DNA from: Macrostomum lignano
Lineage: Eukaryota
Direction: 5' to 3'
Assembly: GCA_002269645.1 (NCBI GenBank)
Contig: NIVC01001315.1
Location: 62,001-126,000, forward strand
DNA: 64,000 nucleotides
Below the pieces are notes generated by a model. That model had not been told where the DNA came from and ran no database searches. It saw nothing but the letters and a program-made list of their open reading frames with translations. The position numbers and the translations under genes were made by a program. Each line of letters opens with the position of its first letter. Within the stretch, counting starts at the first letter, position 1. Below are positions 11,717 to 24,297 of this stretch, piece by piece.

Positions 11717-12964
11717 ACAATGATTTATTGTATGTCGATAGTCAATACTTACGTTGTATTTTTTTACACCTGAAACTTATTTTTGTCAATGGTTTTACGT
11801 TTGCGGTTTTTGAAAAAGTTTTGTTACGTCCACTTTAAAAATTCGGTATACAGAAGAGTATTCCTAGACACATCCCCCGATTTCCACCTAGTCGCTAGTG
11901 CTAGTAGTGGTAGGCCTAGTAGTATTAGTACTAGACTAGTAGGCCTTGGCAGATAGGCCTGCCTAGAAGAGAGCCAAGACAAGTTTTAACTTAAAGAATT
12001 TAATTTAAGGAACCAAATGCTGTGGCATAAGCATAACACACATTCAAAGCCTACTAGTAGAAGTGCCCAATACTAATGATAACTGGCATTAGGCTAGGCC
12101 TAATTCTAAACAAATATTTTATAAACGAAAGTAGTGGCTCTAGCTAGTAAGACTTTAAAGTTTTTATAATTATATTTTATTTAATTTGATAAATCCTATA
12201 TATTTGTCTAAATAAAAATACACATTATTGTGGTTGTGGAAATTAGTCAAGAGACTATACTCTTCCAATAAATCCTAAATATTAAATGCTAAATCTTAAG
12301 AAAACTACTGGCAATGGGCCAATGGTATTGCCATGCATTTTAAAATTAGGTCTGACCTAAACAAAATAAAAATAAGCTAAAAGAAAGAAATTAAAATTTA
12401 AAATAGAAGAAACTTATTTATTATAAAAAATTTATTAAATTATTTTTATATATGAATCATATAATTCAATATATAATTATTTAGTATAATATAGATAGGC
12501 CTATAATTATATATAGGCCCTATATAACATCTAGCTTATTTAGCCTTATTAACCTATTTTAAATAAATATAATGTTTTATTTAATATTTACTAGGTATTT
12601 ATACTTTATATACTATATTATAATCAGCCTATACAAAGATAGAAAGTTTACCTAGGTCTACCACTTTACCAGGTTTAGTTTGGCTAATAATTAGACATTT
12701 AGCTTGCATATAAAAGTATATATTTTCTAGAAAATTCATTATTTAAGTTATAATTCTAGCTCTAGGCCTATAATTATTTTCTTAATAATATTCACTTGTT
12801 ATTTTTTACAATAAAGATATTTGAAGTTGACAAACATTTATTAGTCCTAAAAGCTAGCTTATGTCATAAGATATTAGAATCTTGGTTATGCCATTAGCAT
12901 TTCTGCAATATCTATAATCTGTAAGCTGTCTTTGTAACCCCCCTCCCCTTTATAAGACTTAACA

Positions 12965-14370
12965 ATGACATTAGTAATTCCCCTATGAGCCATAGCAATG
13001 GCATCTTAGCAATTCCCCTGTATGCCATCCATAGTTATTCCCTTATAAGCCATGGCAATTGTTCTTATCAGTTCCCTATGAACCATGGCAATGGCAGCTT
13101 AGCAATTCCCTTATAAGCCATAGCAATTGTTGTTAGCAGTTCCCTATGAGCCATGGCAAAGGCATCTTAGCAATTCCCTCATGAGCCATAGCAATTGTTG
13201 TTAGCAGTTCCCCTATGAGCCATGGCAATGACATCTTAGCAATTCCCTCATGAGCTATGGTGATTCCCCTATAAGCCATGGCAATAGCTCTCAGCCATTT
13301 CCCTGCAAGCCATGACAATTTCCCCATGAGCCATAGCGATTCCCCTATGAGCCATGGCGATTCCCCTGTGAGCCAAGGCAATGGCAACTCAGAAACCTCT
13401 ATGAGCCATGGCAATTCCTCTATAAGCCATGGTGATTCCCTCATAAGCCATGGCAATGGTATCTTAGCAATTCCCTTGTGAGCCTTGACAATTCCCCTGT
13501 GAGCCATGGCAATTCCCCTGTGAGCCATGGCAATTCCCCTGTGAACCTTGACAATTACCCTGTGAGCCATGGCAATTCCCCTGTGAGCCATGGCAATTCC
13601 CCTGTGAGCCATGGCAATTCCCCTGTGAACCTTGACAATTACCCTGTGAGCCATGGCAATTCCCCTGTGAGCCTGGCAATTCCCCTGTGAGCCGTAGCAA
13701 TTCCCCTGTGAGCCTTGACAATTTCCCTGTGAGCCATGGCAATTCCCCTGTGAGCCTTGACAATTTCCCTGTGAGCCATGGCAATTCCCTGTGAGCCATG
13801 GCAATTCCCTGTGAGCCATGGCAATTCCCCTGTGAGCCTTGACAATTTCCCTGTGAGCCATGGCAATTCCCCTGTGAGCCATGGAAATGGCATCTCAGCA
13901 ATTCCCCTATGAGCCATGGCAATGGCTCTCAGCAATTCCCCTGTGAGCCATGGCAATTCCCCTGTGAGCCATGGAAATGGCATCTCAGCAATTCCCCTAT
14001 GAGCCATGGCAATGGCATCTCAGCAATTCCCTGTGAGCCATGGCAATTCCCCTTTGAGCCATGGAAATGGCATCTCAGCAATCCCCTGTGAGCCATGGCA
14101 GTTCCTCTGTGAGCCATGGCAATGGCATCTCAGCATTCAGCAATTCCCCTGTGAGCCATGGCGATTCCCCTGTGAGCCTTGACAATTTCCCTGTGAGCCA
14201 TGGCAATTCCCCTGTGAGCCTTGACAATTTCCCTGTGAGCCATGGCAATTTCCCTGTGAGCCATGGCAATTCCCCTGTGAGCCATGGCAATGACTCTTTA
14301 CAATTCCCCCATGAACCATGGCGATTCTTGTGTGAGCCATGGCAATGGCATCTCAGCAATTCCCCTGCAA
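12965..14370. repeat. About 21-22-bp minisatellite (CCCTGTGAGCCATGGCAATTC) with a leftward decay gradient
   Basis: Regular units at 13480-14370; increasingly TA-rich variants at 12965-13300. Confidence 0.95.
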
Positions 14371-15609
14371 TCCATTAAGGAGTTTCAGCACCTCACTAAA
14401 ATGGCGATGGACTAAGGCCACACAAGCCTCAAACACCCTTCAACTGGATTGTTAGATTGCTATTTTTTAGGCTTTCTTTGTGTAAGTTTTGTGAATCGAA
14501 TTGTTTAAGGTTTTCTAACACTATTTAAATGCCTGTTTTGCGACCACTGCTTTACTGATTTGATTGCAGGTGGTTATAAGATTCATAAGCTTAGTAGTAA
14601 TCAAAATCCTGTGTGCCAGGCCCTCTTTGTTTCTCCGTGTGCTTCCTTCACTTTACAGTTTGGCCTAGGGGGTGGATTATCAATATCAATGAGCTGCTGG
14701 CGATGACTAATCCACAGATTTTATCCCTAGCCTTGAGCAGCTATCTTAAAGTTAGCATTGCAGAGACCCGGGTTGTCCTGCTGAAGGGCCGACAGTCAAC
14801 TCGAGTTCACAATGGATGTGGGGTGGCTGCCCTTGCGAATTGAGGCTTCATAATCCTTCATTTAGTTTTGCTTCCCTGCCTCTCAGCCCTTCTGTCTCAC
14901 AAATCCCTTTAACTCCCTGGCCTCCTGCTTCTTTGTTATTGGAATTTATGGCAGTGAGGGGGCCTGTGCGTGACCCGCAGCACGGCCTGGGGTCTGCGCC
15001 GGTCCGCATTGGTCGGCTGGGGATGGGGTGGGTGCGGCATCGGGGACAGGGCCGTCTGAGTCATGCCGACCTCCCCGCGGCCCCGCCATCCATCTCCCCT
15101 TAAATGCACGCGTGGCCGCCTTTCTCTCTTCTGTCGCTCTTGCCTTCTCCTCCTCGCACGGAGCTTCCATCAGAGGAAAATATTATTTAACAAGAACCCG
15201 TTTCTAGTCCCATCATTTTGCAGACAAAGACCTCAGTAGTTCTAGTCTTTGTTCAAGCGCCTTTTACACTAGACCTAGAAGATAATAGAACTAAGCATGG
15301 AGCACATGCACGTAGCACCGAACGGTATGCTTTACTTTGGCTACCGGAAACAATATTGGCTGGCGCCTTCGGTTGCTGCTAATCTCATGTAAGTCTGTAC
15401 TGCTGCATCTGATTTTCACGTCTGCAACCTGCAAGCATCTCCTTTTATTAGGCCTAGTCTGCTTTCATTTTTCCCCAGAAAATTCACTCCCAGCATTTGC
15501 CGGCCGCCTGATAGCCACACCGAAGCTCTCCTAATGTCCCAATCAACATAATGTTTACTCCGAGATTCCCAATGTCATTCCTAGCTTCCAATCGTAAGTC
15601 CCTCCAAAT

Positions 15610-15910
15610 CAACATTTAATGCCCCAGGCTCCGTAATGTCACCACAAGCTCCATAATGTCACTCTAAGCTCCACAATGTCACCCCAAGCTGCATACTGTC
15701 ACCCAAGCTCCGTAATGTCACCCCAAGCTCCATACTGTCACTCCAAGCTTCACAATGTCACCCAAGCTCCATAATGTCATTCCAAGCTTCACAATGTCAC
15801 CCCAAGCTCTATAATGTCACCCCAAGCTGCATACTGACTGTCACCCCAAGCTGCATACTGTCACCCCAAGCTCCGTAATGTCACCCCAAGCTCCACAATG
15901 TCACTCCCAG
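15610..15910. repeat. About 20-bp minisatellite (GTCACCCCAAGCTCCATAAT)
   Basis: About 14 imperfect units are visible. Confidence 0.85.
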
Positions 15911-17186
15911 TTTCTCACTGTTATTGAGTGCTCTCAGACTCCAGTTCACATGCTTTTGTCTAGGTAGTAGTTTTACAAGCTCAGTTATCTGCATTCTTTA
16001 CTGCCAGCACTGCAGAGGGCTTAAAAAGGCGCCGTTAAAATATTTTATAACTTGATGCTCTTAGTTTCTACTCAAAAGAAGCCCGTCTGCCTATTTTTGG
16101 CATCTCTGAGAAAGACGCAACTGGCCACTGAGTTTTACTGCACTCGCAAGTTTTTCTTAACTTTTACAGCCCCACCCCTGGTTTTTGTCACGACGGCCGT
16201 TTATGGCTCTCGATTGTTAATAAGCTTGCGATTCCGGTTGGCTGGCCCCGTGTCCCCCGGCCTTTCCTTAATTTGGTGCAGCACAGCCGGTTAAATAGGC
16301 CTGCGGTGTAGCAGCGCTCTGGGTGCAGCAGTTTCATTAGGGTGCCGAGCTGTCATAATTTGGTGCAGCGGCTGCGAGTTCTATCCACTGCAGTCTATTC
16401 GCTGCAACGTGCCTGTCTCGCCTGGGATAACCGGGGCTGCCCAATTTCCCCTATGAAACATTACACTGCGCCATGGGGCTGGGCAGGCACGGCTGTCCGC
16501 GGGCTCGCTTCACGTTTCATTAAATTGTTTATTGTCTTGAAACTGGAACCAAGACGCGACAGAGCAGCAGGCTTGTCTGGGCTTTTGCCAACCATTTTCT
16601 CCCACGTAGGTGACTAGGAAAGAATTCGATGACATTGTGCGCTCTAATAGTTTGTCCAGGTGGGCAGGGCGGCCCCGGGGCGACAAGTCTTTGTTCCAGT
16701 GGGAGACCCTGGATCTGAGTGGATCTGGGGATTGACAGCCAGTCTAAAGGGAGGTTTTTTTGCCTTGATAAGAGGCCGGGGGGGAATTGCGTGGGCAGCC
16801 GTCTTTCAAATTGGAAAGCCTTTGTTCCTTTCTGAGCCTGTAAGCCCCCGAGGGCCACCTGGACCAAAAGATCAGAGAATTAATGCATCCCCAGATAATG
16901 CGCGATCATTCTTATCGATCTCATTCGCACCTTCCGAATTTGCTAGGATAGGAAAAAGCAGTTCTGCCCCCCTCTGTGTTGCGCAACCACCGGAATCGTG
17001 CGATGCCAGGTGGAAAGCGCTAACAGCTGAGTCCCAACGTGCGAACTGAGCCATTGTCCTTAGCTTGGGGTGGCTGTTTTGTTATTTATAATTTCAAATG
17101 GACGGCCCTGCCGCCCAACTACCGATTCGGGTGGCCTTAGTAACAGAAAATTTATTGTTGCGATAAACAAGTTGATTTTATTTCTT

Positions 17187-19769
17187 ATGTCCAACTACAC
17201 GAACCAATTTGCACCAATGGCATGCTTGACTGCTTGGGTGCCAACTTCAGTGCCAATATCCAATGCCGCTTCCAGGTCAGGCCGTCCAAGGCAGCGTCAA
17301 AGCGGCACTGGTGGCAGAAGCAGCACGGGAAACAGCAGCAGCGGAAGCACCGGAAGCAATCCCCGGCTAGTAGCCGTGCAGCCGTTCTCGCAGCGTCAAT
17401 ACCATCAGTACCACAGGCGGCCGCACCAGCAGCAGGCCATGAGACAGCAGGTCCTGCCATTCAATAACAACAATGTGCTCTCGCCTAGCGGCGCTGCCTC
17501 CGATGCAGCTAGCGCTGACGGCGGCACGGGAGCGGCTAACGAGCGCCCAGTCCGCCTGGAGCTGCTGCTGGACCTGCCGCCCTGCCCGCTGGAGGTGGCC
17601 AGCCAGCACGCCTGGAATCCTGCCGACCGGTCTTTGAATGTGCTGGTGAAGGCGGACGACTGTTTGACCCTGCACAGGTTCGTGGCGCTAGGAGTTCTGC
17701 CGCTAATGACTCACGTGTCTATCTATGACCCTCATCTTTGTATCAGTGACCCGGATCTTTATCTCTATGACCTTATCACTGTCTCTATGACCTTATCACT
17801 GTCTCTATGACCTCATCTTTGTCTCTATGACCCCATCTTCGTCTCTATGACCCTCATCTGACAATGTCTTCAACTTTGTCTCTGACGTCGTATCCATAAC
17901 CACATCACTGCCTATGACCCACGCCAGTATGTGTTATGACCCTCGCCTTTGTCAACACGTCTATCAATGACCAAACTTTGTATATCTACGAGTTCCAGTC
18001 TCTGGCAAACACCACAGTCTTTCTCGTTTGATTAACCCCCAACGCCCTCAGTATTGTCTAGGCCAGCAGTTTCCAATTACAGATCAGTTTGTTATTTCAA
18101 CCCCCCCCTCCCCGCCCCCACCGTCCAGACAGCCGGTGGCGCAGAGCACAGACTGCATCCGGTCGCTGTGCAGCTACAGCCGCGGCCTGCACGCCTGGGA
18201 GATTTGCTGGCCCGTCAAGCAGCGCGGCACCCACGCGGTGGTGGGCGTGGCCACCGCCAAGTGCCCGCTGCACTGCGTCGGCTATCACAGCCTGCTGGGC
18301 AGCAACGCCGAGTCCTGGGGCTGGGACCTCGGTCGGGGCCGCCTGCAGCACGACAGCGGCCGTCTGCCTACCCAGCAGTACCCGGTGGTGCCGCATGGTG
18401 CCGAGGCCGAGCCTCTGCAGGTAGGCGGCCAACTGGAGTCACTCGGATCCCCATTTCCCAAGATCCCCAATATCCTAATCCTCATCATCCCTATCCCCAA
18501 TATCCTAATCCTCATCATCCCTATCCCCAATATCACAATCCTCATTAATCCTATCCCCAATATCCTAATCCTCATTATTCCTATCCCCAATATCCTAATC
18601 CTCATCATCCCTATCCCCAATATCATAATCCTCATTATTCCTATCCCCAATATCCTAATCCTCATTATTCCTATCCCCAATATCCTAATCCTCATTATTC
18701 AGATCCCCATCCCCAATATCCTAATCCTCATTGTTCATATCCTCAATATCCTAACCCTCATTATCCCTATCCCAATATCCTAATCCTCATTGTTCATATC
18801 CTCAATATCCTAATCCTCATTATTCAGATTCCCAATATCCTAATCCTCATTGTTCATATCCTATCAATATCCTAATCCTCATTATCCAGAACCCCATTCG
18901 CAATATTCCAGCAGGTCAAATTAGGCCATCTATCCTAGTATTAACCATATCCGCAAAATCTCACATTCCACAGCACTTAGTGATGCATTGATAACTCCGC
19001 TATCACCTATCAGGTTCCAGACACCTTCATCATGGTGCTGGACATGGACGAGGGTTCGCTCAGCTTTGTTGTCGACGGCCAATTTCTCGGCGTGGCCTTC
19101 CGCGGACTCAAGGGCAAGCAGCTGTTCCCCTGCGTCAGCGCCGTCTGGGGCCACTGCGAGATTCGCCTGCGCTACCTCAACGGGCTCGAGCGTGAGTCAT
19201 GAGCTGCTCTCTTGCCTGCTCAGGGCCTGGCATTCCACATTGGTGTGCTTACCTTTGTTGGGCTCTCGCTCCGCTTAATCACCTCTCTGTTCCACCTGCC
19301 ATACAACCCATACTGCAACCCACTCTGCAAACCACACTGCAAACCACTCTGCAACCCACACTGCAACCCACTCTGCAAACCACTCCGCAAACCACTGCAA
19401 CCCACACTGCAACCCACACTGCAACCCACACTGCAAACCAATCTGCAACCCACACTGCAAACCACTCTGCAACCCACACTGCAACCCACACTGCAACCCA
19501 CACTGCAAACCAATCTGCAACCCACACTGCAACCCACACTGCAAACCAATCTGCAACCCACACTGCAAACCACACTACCCTGCCGCACCTTGACAGCCGA
19601 GCCGCTGCCGCTGATGCTGCTGTGCCGGTCCGTCATCCGCAAGCAGCTGCAGGCGGCTGTCCAAGCCGGCAAGCCTGGCCTGGCCGGCGCCGACTCGCTG
19701 CCGCTGCCGCTCACCGTCAAGGACTTCCTGCTCTACAGGGACCGGCGTGCGGCCCGGCCTGACTGGTAG
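17187..19769 (+). CDS. SPSB: SPRY domain-containing SOCS box protein (SPSB/gustavus family); exons about 17187-17677, 18129-18420, 19014-19191, 19597-19769; start codon uncertain
   Basis: [16 protein letters not shown]|[46 protein letters not shown]; [34 protein letters not shown]; SOCS box [32 protein letters not shown] introns with phases 2, 0, 1 join in frame. Confidence 0.95.
18465..18890. repeat. 30-bp intronic minisatellite (ATCCCTATCCCCAATATCCTAATCCTCATC), SPSB intron 2
   Basis: Direct tandem units. Confidence 0.9.
19300..19575. repeat. 12-bp intronic minisatellite (CACTGCAACCCA), SPSB intron 3
   Basis: Direct tandem units. Confidence 0.9.
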
Positions 19770-20784
19770 GCGGAGTTTGGCGACCCGTCTTTCTGGCTAG
19801 CGGGCCGGCAACTGTAACGCAAATTTCAGAGCTGTCTCAGCCCTGCGAGCTTTCCGCCTTTCTCTGGTTGTCCCCCCCATCTCCCATGAGTGTCCTCCGG
19901 CGTCTCCCGCTGCACCAGCGAATCTCCCCGCCCACCAGCCAATGATTCCCGCGGCACAGACTGTTGCTGCTGGCCCCGCCTACAAGCCCCGCCGATTGCA
20001 TCGGACTGAGCTCACCGGTATCGATTAGTTCACTCATTCCCACCGATGCCCGCTGTGCTGTTCTCTTTTTAATTTGTTTTTTAACGGGCAGCCGGGCGTC
20101 TTCCGGTTCCAGATCGCCTGCTGCTGCTCTCCGTTTTTATTTCTTATTCATTTCGTTTTCCACTGTCAGTTCGTGTTTTTATATAACTTTTTTAAACTAA
20201 CTGAGAGAAGACCTGACTGTAAAGTGCTGTACATTGCTGTACACAGTGCATGTACAGGTGTAGTATTAAATCCGCCACTTCCCTGGCCGCCTATTTAATC
20301 AACAATTGTCTCCATGCGAGCCTTTCATAGCTGATTTATTATTATAAATTAATGGAATTTCATTTTGCTTCGGAATGCAGGCAGGCGCTGGCGGTGACTC
20401 GCAACTTCTAGTCTCAGCACTGCCATTATTTAACTTATAGAGTGCTTGCGAATGTGTACTACTGCCACTCAGTAGCCAGTAGTATTGTGCGTGCAGTCAT
20501 CATTCTTTAGTGTTGTTCAACTTGTTGCTGCGTTCCGCGCTCTTTCTCAGCTGGAATTCCGCGGCAATGCTGGCGGCAATAATAAATTGCTATCCACTTC
20601 TCAACTGTTTAACTGGAGCTCCATTCCAGGAAACAGGCCCTGATTCCTCGCCAAAATTCACTCAAGGAACCGATCATTGTGACTTTGATATTGCGAACCA
20701 GAAATTGTGCGGTGGGACTTCACTTGACGAGTTTGTTATTTATTGCTCTATTGGGCTCGCGAATTCCGCAGATAGGGCGCTATC

Positions 20785-22135
20785 ACAAACCCTAAATATC
20801 ACATTCTCTAAGGGGGGGCATCACAAACCCTAAATATCACATTCTCTAAGGGGGGGGGCATCACAAACCCTAAATATCACATTCTCTAAGGGGGGCATCA
20901 CAAACCCTAAATATCACATTCTCTAAGGGGGGGGGCATCATAAACCCTAAATATCACATTCTCTAAGGGGGGGCATCACAAACCCTAAATATCACATTCT
21001 CTAAGGGGGGGGGGCATCACAAACCCTAAATATCACATTCTCTAAGGGGGGGCATCACAAACCCTAAATATCACATTCTCTAAGGGGGGGGGCATCACAA
21101 ACCCTAAATATCACATTCTCTAAGGGGGGCATCACAAACCCTAAGTATCACATTCTCTAAAAGGGGGGGCATCACAAACCCTAAATATCACATTCTCTAA
21201 GGGGGGCATCATAAACCCTAAATATCACATTCTCTAAGGGGGGGCATCACAAACCCTAAATATCACATTCTCTAAGGGGGGGGGGCATCATAAACCCCAA
21301 ATATCACAAACCCTAAATATCACATTCTCTAAGGGGGGCATCACAAACCCTAAATATCACATTCTCTAAGGGGGGGCATCACAAACCCTAAATATCACAT
21401 TCTCTAAGGGGGGGGCATCATAAACCCTAAATATCACATTCTCTAAGGGGGGCATCACAAACCCTAAATATCACATTCTCTAAGGGGGGGGGCATCACAA
21501 ACCCTAAATATCACATTCTCTAAGGGGGGGGCATCACAAACCCTAAATATCACATTCTCTAAGGGGGGGGGGCATCACAAACCCTAAATATCACATTCTC
21601 TAAGGGGGGGGGCATCACAAACCCTAAATATCACATTCTCTAAGGGGGGGGGCATCACAAACCCTAAATATCACATTCTCTAAGGGGGGGCATCACAAAC
21701 CCTAAATATCACATTCTCTAAGGGGGGGCATCACAAACCCTAAATATCACATTCTCTAAGGGGGGGGGGCATCACAAACCCTAAATATCACATTCTCTAA
21801 GGGGGGGGGGCATCACAAACCCTAAATATCACATTCTCTAAAAGCAACCTACATCATAAACCCCAAATATCATAACTCCTAAATATCACATTCTCTAAAA
21901 GCAACCTACATCATAAACCCAAAATATCATAACTCCTAAATATCACATTCTCTAAAAGCAACCTACATCATAAACCCCAAATATCATAACTCCTAAATAT
22001 CACATTCTCTAAAAGCAACCTACATCATAAACCCCAAATATCATAACTCCTAAATATCACATTCTCTAAATTCTTACAAGACCCATCGCAAGCCCTAAAT
22101 ATCATAACCCCTGAATATCACATTCTCTAAGGGAA
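20785..22135. repeat. About 37-42-bp minisatellite (Gn-CATCACAAACCCTAAATATCACATTCTCTAA) switching to a 57-bp variant at 21840
   Basis: Tandem units with a variable-length G run; the second unit type is AAAGCAACCTACATCATAAACCCCAAATATCATAACTCCTAAATATCACATTCTCTA. Confidence 0.95.
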
Positions 22136-22984
22136 ACTCTCTAAACCCGAAATATCACAAACCCGAAATATCATAACTTCAAAAGTTCTAGCATTGTCCA
22201 ACACTTTGCATTTTCGGAATTGTGATTTTTCGGGTTTTTGATGCCCCCCCCCGCAGATGCATCCTCTACTGTCTGCTAGAGACTTGAACAATATTACAGT
22301 GCGTGTACATCTGGTGTCAAGCTAAATACCAAGGACGACTCCAGTAGATTTCTTAGAAACGATTTTGGGCCCTGGTTTTCCGCGAAATGCACTACGGAGA
22401 TGGAAGGCTCGGTACAAATACCAACAGTTATTTATTCACCGAACCGAACCGCGCTGTCACCAGGCCTAATCAGATTCACAATCACACAGTCACACAGACT
22501 AAACTTCACAAATTTTGCAGGACCTTCACTTCACGTGACCTAAACTACATATTGGATCTAAACTTCACGTGACCTAATTTCAGAAATTTCAGGCTGTTTA
22601 TAGAGGTTTGCTTAGTTGATACATGTACATGTGCCTTGAACAAAAAAAATACGTTTTATTTCGCAAAAATCAATGTCCATAAATTTTCTAAGAATCAAAA
22701 TTTAACATCCTACTTAAGTAGTCCTTGCTGAATTCAATTGTCAAAGAAATATATTTGTAGAAGTATTGATTTTTTTCTACTTTCAAGTTGTGGAGAATTT
22801 TATCAATACTTGAGTGGGTACTCGATTAAGCTAATCTTACATGAACTGTGCATAGGTTTTTAAAACTTCAAAAAAAGTGCAGGTACAAGGAACCAGTCGG
22901 CGAAAAAGTACAGGTTTTCTGTGCTGTGCCATGTTCATTAGATGTACACTCAAAGGCCTGATTGAGAGCTCCCAAGCTGGTGGG

Positions 22985-24100
22985 CGCCATGCAGCTACAG
23001 AGGGGGCGCCATATGCAGCTACAGAGGGGGCGCCATATGCAGCTACAGAGGGGGCGCCATGCAGCTACATGAACAGAGGGGGCGCCATGCAGCTACATGA
23101 ACAGAGAGGGTGCCATATGCAGTTACAGAGGGGGCGCCATATGCAGTTACAGAGGGGGCGCCATATGCAGCTACAGAGGGGGCGCCATGCAGCTACATGA
23201 ACAGAGGGTGCGCCATGCAGCTACATGAACAGAGAGGGTGCCATATGCAGTTACAGAGGGGGCGCCATATGCAGTTACAGAGGGGGCGCCATATGCAGTT
23301 ACAGAGGGGGCGCCATATGCAGCTACAGAGGGGGCGCCATGCAGCTACATGAACAGAGGGGGCGCCATGCAGCTACATGAACAGAGAGGGCGCCATATGC
23401 AGCTACAGAGGGGGCGCCATGCAGCTACATGAACAGAGGGGGCGCCATGCAGCTACATGAACAGAGAGGGTGCCATATGCAGTTACAGAGGGGGCGCCAT
23501 GCAGCTACATGAACAGAGGGGGCGCCATGCAGCTACATGAACAGAGAGGGTGCCATATGCAGTTACAGAGGGGGCGCCATATGCAGCTACAGAAGGGGCG
23601 CCATGCAACTACATGAACAGAGGGGGCGCCATGCAGCTACATGAACAGAGAGGGTGCCATATGCAGTTACAGAGGGGGCGCCATATGCAGCTACAGAAGG
23701 GGCGCCATGCAGCTACATGAACAGATAGGGTGCCATATGCAGTTACAGAGGGGGCGCCATATGCAGCTACAGAAGGGGCGCCATGCAGCTACATGAACAG
23801 AGGGGGCGCCATGCAGCTACATGAACAGAGAGGGTGCCATATGCAGTTACAGAGGGGGCGCCATATGCAGCTACAGAAGGGGCGCCATGCAGCTACATGA
23901 ACAGATAGGGTGCCATATGCAGTTACAGAGGGGGCGCCATATGCAGCTACAGAAGGGGCGCCATGCAGCTACATGAACAGAGAGGGTGCCATATGCAGTT
24001 ACAGAGGGGGCGCCATATGCAACTACAGAAGGGGCGCCATGCAGCTACATGAACAGAGGGGGCGCCATGTAGCTACAGAACCGCGCCAGTTACAAGAGGC
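22985..24100. repeat. Minisatellite of about 24-bp subunits (GAGGGGGCGCCATATGCAGCTACA and variants) with higher-order alternation
   Basis: Alternating GGCGCCAT(AT)GCAGCTACA and CATGAACAGAGAGGG subunits. Confidence 0.9.
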
Positions 24101-24297
24101 GCCAGCAACATGTACAAAGTGACTGCAATACCTACTGCAATAGCTACTACACTGCTAATTTAGAAGTTGGCTGCAACGAGCTGCAAGTGTCAGTGAGTGC
24201 AACAGTATGCTTGCCAATAATTTGATAGGCGGCAAAATGCGTGGCCGAAAAACTGTCGCTCCCGTACTCCGGCCAGCGCGGACGCCAGAGCTGGCAG

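Noticed and set aside
420-13300. AT-rich block as fungal or organellar contamination
   Set aside because: It grades into the GC-rich region within one satellite array and has no organellar genes. Only long reads can fully exclude a misjoin.
13133-14378. Many long repetitive ORFs in the track (also 25.1-25.8, 27.4-28.7, 35.4-36.5, 38.7-39.3, 41.5-42.7, 53.9-55.2, 57.6-60.3 kb)
   Set aside because: They are translations of tandem arrays, open in several frames and on both strands, and mostly lie in introns.
22250-22570. Possible solo LTR or PBS (AATAAA...TGGTATTTGTACCGAGCC, minus strand)
   Set aside because: No second LTR, TG...CA ends or TSD identified.
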